A DNA stretch of 64,000 bases, taken from an uncultured delta proteobacterium. Lineage in GTDB: Bacteria; Myxococcota_A; Polyangia; Polyangiales; Polyangiaceae. Shown piece after piece: positions 57,681-64,000 of the stretch (position 1 is its first letter; each line of letters starts with the position of its first letter). The notes beneath the pieces are model-generated. The model did no database searches. It was not told the origin of the DNA and saw nothing but the letters and a program-made list of their open reading frames with translations. The stretch is from NCBI GenBank assembly GCA_963782055.1, contig CAWAIF010000003.1, forward strand, positions 2,176,001-2,240,000, written 5' to 3'. A program made the position numbers and the translations under genes.

Positions 57681-57758
57681 CCGGCAACCCCGGCGTGGGA
57701 AACGGCAACCCCGGGCCGGACGGCGCGCGGCTCGCCTTGCGTGCAATCGTTATCGCAA

Positions 57759-57783
57759 TGTCGAGACCACTCGGGTCTCGACA
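57759..57783. other. Perfect 10-bp-stem inverted repeat (terminator or binding site)
   Basis: TGTCGAGACC-actcg-GGTCTCGACA, about 40 bp past the 57821 stop. Confidence 0.5.
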
Positions 57784-57820
57784 ATTTACCGGACCGTCAT
57801 TGCAGCACGCATACAACTTT

Positions 57821-58096
57821 CTACCGCTCCTTGCTCCGATTCGGCTCGCGAAGCAGAGCTCGCGCCGATCGCCGCGTATCCTCCATGAGTTCATCGGCCG
57901 TTGCAGGAAACAGCTGATCCGGCTCCCTCCCGAGCGTACGAGCGGAGGCCCGCGCCTCATCAAGAACCCGTTGAGGACCGTACTTTGGATCCAGCAGCCG
58001 CTCAAGCAGACTGGCGCAGCGCAAACATGGCCGGCCGCCCCTTTTGCGCAGCAGCACGATCAATTTGCGATCTTCGTATTCCGCCACTTCAACCAT
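57821..58096 (-). CDS. Small hypothetical protein, candidate immunity protein
   Basis: 91 aa, GAGGTG RBS, 16 bp after the RHS stop, lower-GC codon usage, CxxC. Confidence 0.55.
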   Translation of the reverse strand: MVEVAEYEDRKLIVLLRKRGGRPCLRCASLLERLLDPKYGPQRVLDEARASARTLGREPDQLFPATADELMEDTRRSARALLREPNRSKER

Positions 58097-58112
58097 CTAC
58101 CGCACCTCTGCA

Positions 58113-61100
58113 CTACGGCGTGGCTAGCGCCTCACAGTCATCGAGACACAGGTCGTAATTGGACGAATGCTCGTACTTGGCACACACGTGTTGACAACAT
58201 ACAGTATTATCCCATTCGCTAAGTCCGCGACACTCCTCCATCTCCTTCTGCCACTCCTTTCCGCTCTCGCGAAACGGTCTCGTGCACGTGGCCGGTATCG
58301 GTATCGGCGGTGTCGGCAACGGGGGCTTCTCCGCGAACAGCGCATCGTGAATAGCCCTATCGATAGCCAATACTCCCATGCAGCCATTAAACATGCAATC
58401 TGTTGCGACGAAGGCTATCCCAGCGATGGCGACGACCTGAGCAACCGCGGCCGCGGTGAGCACCACGCCACCGGCGACCAGCTCGCCGTCTAAACCATCT
58501 CGGTCGATACAGTTGATCGGATCATTCCCGCAATAGGCGTAGAAGTTGAGACCGCCGCCGAAGCGGATCGGATCCTTGCTCAGCCAGCGGTGCTCCCAGC
58601 CACTGTAGTCGCGTGCGCCCATGTGGTAAATCGCCGGGTAGTAATCCACCAGGCCGCCGGCGAAGCCGAAGGGCTGGTAAACGAGCGCCGGGCCGGTCAT
58701 TGCGCCGAAGTCGTTGTAGTAGGTGTATGGGCCCTCGATGATGTTGCCGGGTGTGCCGCCACACGCCGGGCCGCTCAGGCAGATGACGGCGCGGGCGGTG
58801 CCGATCCCGTCGCTCACGATGCGCAGGATGCTGCCGTCGGCACGGTAGACCAGGTCCGGGATGTTCTGCTTCGTCACGTAGGCGAAGTGGGCCGTGACGG
58901 CTCCGTTGCCGTCCAGGGTCGCGATGACTCGGTCGCCCTGGTAGAGGTACCCTGCGCTCTCGGCACCGGGCGGCTGGCTGCCGCTGCTCGTGCGGAAGAC
59001 GAGGCGGTTATTTCCGTCCACGGCGTAATCGAGAGTCACGTTATATGACGGAGAAGCATAGTGACGCAGCGTGCCGAGGGGGTCGTAGCCGAATGTCTCG
59101 ATCTGGGAGCCTCGGTGGCGGCCCGAGACCTCACCATTCGATGAGTAGCTCCACTGCCAATACCCATCACTTACCAGCCTATCCTGATCGTCATAGCTCC
59201 ACCCGGTGCCGTTGCCATCAGCGTCATAAGGCGCGTCGGCCGGGGGTGTTCCGCAGGGGCTGCTGGAGCTCGCCAGGTAGGTCTTGTAGGTGGGATCATA
59301 GGTGTAAGTCGTGACGCAGGCAGCGCCACCGTTGAAGGACTCGGTCTTTTTGTGGACGCGGCCGGTGTCGGTCTCGCGCTCGTAGTGCAGGGAGTAGCGC
59401 GGGTTGCCACCGTACGTGATGACGTCGTCGGTCAGCGCGCCGTACAGGTCGTAGCTCAGCTCCTCCTGGAGCGAGCCGGTGTCCGTCTCCGCCAGCATCC
59501 GGTTGTGGCCGTCCTCGCCTCGGTGGAGCACCATGGTCTGGTCGCCGGCATCGACCTCCGTCACTAGGCCATCGCCGTCGCGATGGAACGTGTAGGTGAG
59601 GTCGCCGTCGATGCCCCGCGTGTCCATCCGTCCGTAGTCGTCGTAGTGGTAGTCGACCTCGCGCGTGACGCTGGGCGACGCGAGCGCGTAGGTCTCCTGC
59701 GTCAGCATCGAGCCGTCGTAGGTGTAGGTGAGGTCGACCTGGCCGTTGTCGAGCGTGTGCAGGTGGCCTGGAGAGGTGCCCTGATCGTCGAAGTACGTGT
59801 ACTGGTTCGTGACGGTGCCGGTGAACGGCGCGTAGTAGCTCACGGTGCTCGGACGTCCGGCTCCGTCATATCCGTAGCTCACGGTGCGACCTGGCTCCTG
59901 CATGCTCGTCATGAGACCGTCGAGATCGTAGAGATCGCTGGTCGGGCCTGTGCCGGCAACGCTCGGAGGCGTGTAGGTCCCGAGCAGGTCCAGGGGGTTC
60001 GCCGAGAAGTGGTGCTGCTTTCCCGCGGGTGTGTAGAGCAATGAGGCATTGCCGTTCGCGTCGTAGTACTGGAACGCCGTTCGGCCGGGCAGGTTGACGC
60101 GCTGCGGGCGACCCACGCCATCGAAGAAGGCGTAGCTGTACATGCCGATGCCCGGCACGTCGACGGAGGCCAGCGCTCCGGTCGCGCCGTCGTACGTGAG
60201 GGGCGTGACGCGCGAGTTGACGGTGTAGGTCTCAAGCTGTCCGGTGGTGGGATAATAGCCGAGCTGCACCGGGTAGAGCGGCGCGTTCGGGCCCGGCACG
60301 TTTCCGGTCACCTGGATGCTGGACGGGCGCTCGTGCTGGGTGTCCAGCGTGATCTCCGTCTTGGCGCCGGCGGCGCTGGTCTCGGTGAGCTTCGACTGGC
60401 TCGAGTCGTACTGGGTCGTCCAGGTGAGGGTGTTGTCGTTGACGTCAGTGACGGTGGTGGTGTCCGTCTCGGACGTCACGTCGTCGGTCTGCGGATCGGT
60501 GACGACCATGCTCGAGTGGGTGGTGGTGACCGTCTTGGTGCCGTCGACGACCACGCGCTTCGCCGGGTAGCTGGCGTTCTCTCCGAAGCGTGGATCAGGG
60601 GCGTAGGTGCTCGAGACCTGCGTCCCGTCGGCGAATGCGACGTGATCGGAGCCGTCCGCGTAGGTCACGTGGGTGGATACCAGGCCAGCCGGATCCGTGA
60701 TCGTACGCGACTCGACCTGGTTGGCGCCTTCGTCGCCGGTCGCGCCACGGGTCGTGTCCACGGAGTAGGTGGTCGCGCGGGACTCTGCCGTGGTCAACGA
60801 CACATCCCACCCGCTTCCGGTCACCGGCGCCGAGCGCGCGAGGGTGACGCCCGCCGAGGGCTGGGGGTTCTGGTCGTTGGTGAGCATGCCGAAGCTGTCG
60901 TACGTGAAGTGGTGGTGCTGGCCCTTCGCGTCGGTCAGGTCAGTGAGCAGCCCACCGGTGCCGTAGGCGAGCTGGATCGTCTCGTTGTTGGCGTTGACAA
61001 TTCCCGCGAGGTAGAGCGTGCCGCCGTAGTCCTGGAACTCCAGCGTCGTCGGCTCGTTGCTCGCGATCCCGGTCGGGGGCGTGATGCTCTTGCAGTCGTC

Positions 61101-64000
61101 GAAGCCGCAGGAGGAGCCGGTGTCGGTAATCTGGGTGACGTTGTCGTAGTCATCCGTGATGGAGGACAAGACGCCCCCGGTGTACGCGAGGGTCTCGAGT
61201 GGTACGGCTCGGTAGCGGCTGAGGGTCGCGACGTGCTGCCCGGTGCCGTCGAACTTGTAGATGGCGGTCCCGTCGGGGCTCAGCAGGCGGTAGCCGGCGT
61301 CCTTCGGCGTGCCGAGCGGTTGCAACGCTCTGACGATCATGCCCGTGTTGCCGTCGTCGGGTTCACGACTGGTATAGAGCAGCGACCCGTCCTGGCCGTC
61401 TGCCAGTCCCACGAGGTTGGCCCCGCCACTGCGGCCTTGGCCCGTGGCCGGAGCACCCTCCAGGTAATTGGTTGTGCCGCCGGAGACGTGACAGCTGCTA
61501 CCCACGACGGTGGACATGCTCCCCTCGGGGCCGATCCGGCGCACCGCGCCCTGGGCCTCGTCGGCGATGTAGAGGGCCCCGCCCCTCCAGAGGAGGCGCT
61601 GCGGCGCACCGAGCGGCGCGGACGTGGCCGCGCTTCCGTCGCCCCAGTCATGGGGGCACACGTTCCCGTAGACACCGTCGTCGAACCCCTCGCCCCCTGC
61701 GGCGCGGTGCAGGACCCCATCGGTCGACACGCGGAACACCACGGCGCGACTGAAGGGACTGCCGGCCGATTCGGAGAAATACACCTCGCCGTTCGGGGCA
61801 ACGGCGACGCCTTCCACGTCCTGAAGGGCAACGCTCGTCGCAGCAACCCCCTCCATGTTGCCGAGGCCGGTCAGGTTGCCGGTCCCAGAGCCGGCGATTG
61901 TCTCTAAGACGCCGTCAGTCCGTACGCGGCGGACCTCTGACTGCAGTTTCCCGTATTTGTCGACGAAGACGACGCTGCCGTCAGGGGCGGTGGTGATCGC
62001 GCTCACGGTGTTCAGCGAGGCTGCCGTTGCCAGGCCCCCGGCGGCCTCGAAGGTCCCACCCGTTCGGCACCCAAGCTGGGACGGCAGCGCGCTACCAGCC
62101 AGCACCGTCGTGTGCGCGGTGTTCCAGTGGGGTGGAGTGTCCGTGGGGGCGTCCACGTGCAGTACGTCGCATGCGCCTCCCACGAGCACCGCGCCGTCTT
62201 GCGCCGAGGCCACAGATTGCCCGTCCACGAAGACGCTTCCCAGATCCGTGCCGCCGCTCGGCACGGCTGGGGCGTTGGGGTCGGTGCTCGACACGGTCGT
62301 GTTGCCAGGGAATGCGAGGACGGCTTCGTTGTATAGCGGGTCGGCCGCTGCGAGGATCGTGCCCTCGCTGTCACTCGTGACCGTGAGGCCCGCGAGCTGG
62401 TCCGACGTGTACTCCGTCCTCACCATGTCCGGAAGCGCGGTCGCGGTTCGCTTCTCTCCGTAACCGGTCCAGAGCGTGCCGGTCGTGGGCTCGTACACGT
62501 GCTCCGCGCTCAGGGTCCACCCGCCGAAGCCAAGGGGCTGGGCGTCCAGTGCGTCGAGCCGCACGTCGTAGTCGCGGCGCAGAAAGATCACCCGTTCGTT
62601 GCGGTCACCGTCCACGACCACATCGTCCCCGGTCCCGAAGGAGCCGAAGGTCGGCGTGAGGCCGGAGGGCGTCGCCGCGTAGGCGTAGGCCACGCGAACG
62701 TGCGCCACCACCGAGCCCTGGATCGGCCGGCCGTACGCATCCTCGCGATTCCACGCCCACGAGACCGACTGGTTCTTTTGCGTCGCGTTGAGCGGAGTGA
62801 AGAGGGCGCGCTGGCCCGCGACGTCGATCTCGACCTCGGCGTAGTTCGGGGGCACGCTCAGTGTAGTGTCGTCGGTGTACGGAACCGTGATGACGGGGTG
62901 GAACCCCCGCTGCGTCTCGCTCCGGTAGTGCAGGCTGTAGGGGGTCCCGGCGATCGGGATGTCCTCGCCCAGCACCTGGTTTTCGCACTCGATGATGGAA
63001 CCCTCGTGCTTGCAGCCCTTGTCCGTCGGCGTGCTCGCCGACGCGCCCAGCTTGGGCGGCGCTGACGCGTTCGCGGGCGGGCCGGAGGACCAATTGTCGT
63101 CCCAGCCGGAGAAGTGGGGCATCGGAACACGCCAGACCTGCTTCTGGCTCACGTTGCCGTACACCGAAGCGAGTTCCTGACGCTCGCCGTCCGTGATGGG
63201 GGGGTCCTCTTGGTCGTACGCAGTGATCTCCGTTGAGCACCCACTGGTTCCCCGTCCGAGGTGCGCAATGGCGGGGCTCCCATCCACAGAGATGATGCAA
63301 TAGACCCTGCCATTTGCCTCAGGTTGCCAGACGCCGCGGGACCGATCGTAGCTACCTGTGGGGATGACGTTCTTGCGGTGTCCAAGCCCGTCCACGTCGG
63401 TATCGTCCATCGAGACGCTGGTGAAGTTCTCGAGGTAGAAGAAGAGATCGTGGTTGAACGTGACCGTCGCGTCGCCTGCCTGGAGGATGCCCGCCTCGAA
63501 CGCGTAGGTGTAGGCGCTCTGAGGCGGTAGCTCGCCGGGGAGAGCTAGCCGCCCCTCGTCCCCCACCGTGTACTCGGTGGCGTGCATGGTCACTGGAGAT
63601 GTGCAGCTTGGACAGCCCGCAGCAATTTCGGTGCCCGGTGGGACCAGGATCGTCGCAGTGCGTGGAGTCAGGTCCAAGTCGACGTGCGTGTTACCGCGGA
63701 CGGACTGCCAGTAGTCGACGCCGGCACCCAGGTTGACGGAGGTGGTGCTGTCCGGTTTCGTGAGCGCGATGTCCGGGAGCACGGTCCAGTCGAGCCACCG
63801 CGTCTCCGCGCGCCGCTGGACCGTGAGGTACGCGGGGTTGTTCACGTGGTCCGACAGCTCCACCACGTAGGTCGTTCCGCCGTTCACGGCCATGTCGAAC
63901 CAGCCGTCCGCCCGCGTCTGGGTCGTGCCGTACTCCGGGTGGTTCAGGATGCTTACGGTGATGCTCCCGAGGTTGACGAGCGGATTATCGCGCTCGACGA
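58113..64000 (-). CDS. Teneurin-like RHS/YD-repeat polymorphic toxin (5' end outside window)
   Basis: Frame open to the right edge; HPEYG.T.TRADG.FDMAVNGG, ENQVLGEDIPIAGTPYSLHYRS, NHL-like repeats, YD repeats, core PFGFAGG..GARDY..W.SKDP..DPINCID.DG, then a variable C-terminus. Confidence 0.9.
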   Translation of the reverse strand, partial: VERDNPLVNLGSITVSILNHPEYGTTQTRADGWFDMAVNGGTTYVVELSDHVNNPAYLTVQRRAETRWLDWTVLPDIALTKPDSTTSVNLGAGVDYWQSVRGNTHVDLDLTPRTATILVPPGTEIAAGCPSCTSPVTMHATEYTVGDEGRLALPGELPPQSAYTYAFEAGILQAGDATVTFNHDLFFYLENFTSVSMDDTDVDGLGHRKNVIPTGSYDRSRGVWQPEANGRVYCIISVDGSPAIAHLGRGTSGCSTEITAYDQEDPPITDGERQELASVYGNVSQKQVWRVPMPHFSGWDDNWSSGPPANASAPPKLGASASTPTDKGCKHEGSIIECENQVLGEDIPIAGTPYSLHYRSETQRGFHPVITVPYTDDTTLSVPPNYAEVEIDVAGQRALFTPLNATQKNQSVSWAWNREDAYGRPIQGSVVAHVRVAYAYAATPSGLTPTFGSFGTGDDVVVDGDRNERVIFLRRDYDVRLDALDAQPLGFGGWTLSAEHVYEPTTGTLWTGYGEKRTATALPDMVRTEYTSDQLAGLTVTSDSEGTILAAADPLYNEAVLAFPGNTTVSSTDPNAPAVPSGGTDLGSVFVDGQSVASAQDGAVLVGGACDVLHVDAPTDTPPHWNTAHTTVLAGSALPSQLGCRTGGTFEAAGGLATAASLNTVSAITTAPDGSVVFVDKYGKLQSEVRRVRTDGVLETIAGSGTGNLTGLGNMEGVAATSVALQDVEGVAVAPNGEVYFSESAGSPFSRAVVFRVSTDGVLHRAAGGEGFDDGVYGNVCPHDWGDGSAATSAPLGAPQRLLWRGGALYIADEAQGAVRRIGPEGSMSTVVGSSCHVSGGTTNYLEGAPATGQGRSGGANLVGLADGQDGSLLYTSREPDDGNTGMIVRALQPLGTPKDAGYRLLSPDGTAIYKFDGTGQHVATLSRYRAVPLETLAYTGGVLSSITDDYDNVTQITDTGSSCGFDDCKSITPPTGIASNEPTTLEFQDYGGTLYLAGIVNANNETIQLAYGTGGLLTDLTDAKGQHHHFTYDSFGMLTNDQNPQPSAGVTLARSAPVTGSGWDVSLTTAESRATTYSVDTTRGATGDEGANQVESRTITDPAGLVSTHVTYADGSDHVAFADGTQVSSTYAPDPRFGENASYPAKRVVVDGTKTVTTTHSSMVVTDPQTDDVTSETDTTTVTDVNDNTLTWTTQYDSSQSKLTETSAAGAKTEITLDTQHERPSSIQVTGNVPGPNAPLYPVQLGYYPTTGQLETYTVNSRVTPLTYDGATGALASVDVPGIGMYSYAFFDGVGRPQRVNLPGRTAFQYYDANGNASLLYTPAGKQHHFSANPLDLLGTYTPPSVAGTGPTSDLYDLDGLMTSMQEPGRTVSYGYDGAGRPSTVSYYAPFTGTVTNQYTYFDDQGTSPGHLHTLDNGQVDLTYTYDGSMLTQETYALASPSVTREVDYHYDDYGRMDTRGIDGDLTYTFHRDGDGLVTEVDAGDQTMVLHRGEDGHNRMLAETDTGSLQEELSYDLYGALTDDVITYGGNPRYSLHYERETDTGRVHKKTESFNGGAACVTTYTYDPTYKTYLASSSSPCGTPPADAPYDADGNGTGWSYDDQDRLVSDGYWQWSYSSNGEVSGRHRGSQIETFGYDPLGTLRHYASPSYNVTLDYAVDGNNRLVFRTSSGSQPPGAESAGYLYQGDRVIATLDGNGAVTAHFAYVTKQNIPDLVYRADGSILRIVSDGIGTARAVICLSGPACGGTPGNIIEGPYTYYNDFGAMTGPALVYQPFGFAGGLVDYYPAIYHMGARDYSGWEHRWLSKDPIRFGGGLNFYAYCGNDPINCIDRDGLDGELVAGGVVLTAAAVAQVVAIAGIAFVATDCMFNGCMGVLAIDRAIHDALFAEKPPLPTPPIPIPATCTRPFRESGKEWQKEMEECRGLSEWDNTVCCQHVCAKYEHSSNYDLCLDDCEALATP

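Overview
GC-rich bacterial chromosome segment, very likely a myxobacterium of the Polyangiaceae/Sorangiineae type (inferred from the Ser/Thr kinase, FHA, PP2C, PilZ, pilC/pilS and Cys-rich lipoprotein genes). The backbone carries housekeeping genes: glpK (frameshifted), ABC1 kinase, pilC-pilS, PpiD-like chaperone, M16 peptidase, IDH, radical SAM, GTP-PEPCK, Fpg, ALDH, GMC oxidoreductase, a double-length UvrA and an atypical tRNA-Leu(TAA). The strongest candidate for an undescribed system is two paralogous accessory cassettes. Each encodes a large secreted trypsin-like/TSP3-repeat protease followed by a homologous partner lipoprotein. Cassette 1 (32767-37640) has an in-frame (GCAG)9 repeat just after the start codon, a phase-variation signature, and is followed by an orphan, synonymously diverged copy of the protease C-terminal region. 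Cassette 2 (48819-55125) is split by an ISL3 with an 8-bp TSD and is bracketed by a 36-bp direct repeat of uvrA. Further right are an IS with 12-bp TIRs, scrambled remnants of a teneurin-like gene, and a teneurin-like RHS/YD toxin with a candidate immunity gene. The window also has two decayed four-helix-bundle genes with low-complexity leaders, several internal-deletion scars, and two +1 frameshifts in the same GAGAT(T)C context. All family assignments come from motif recognition; no database search was run.
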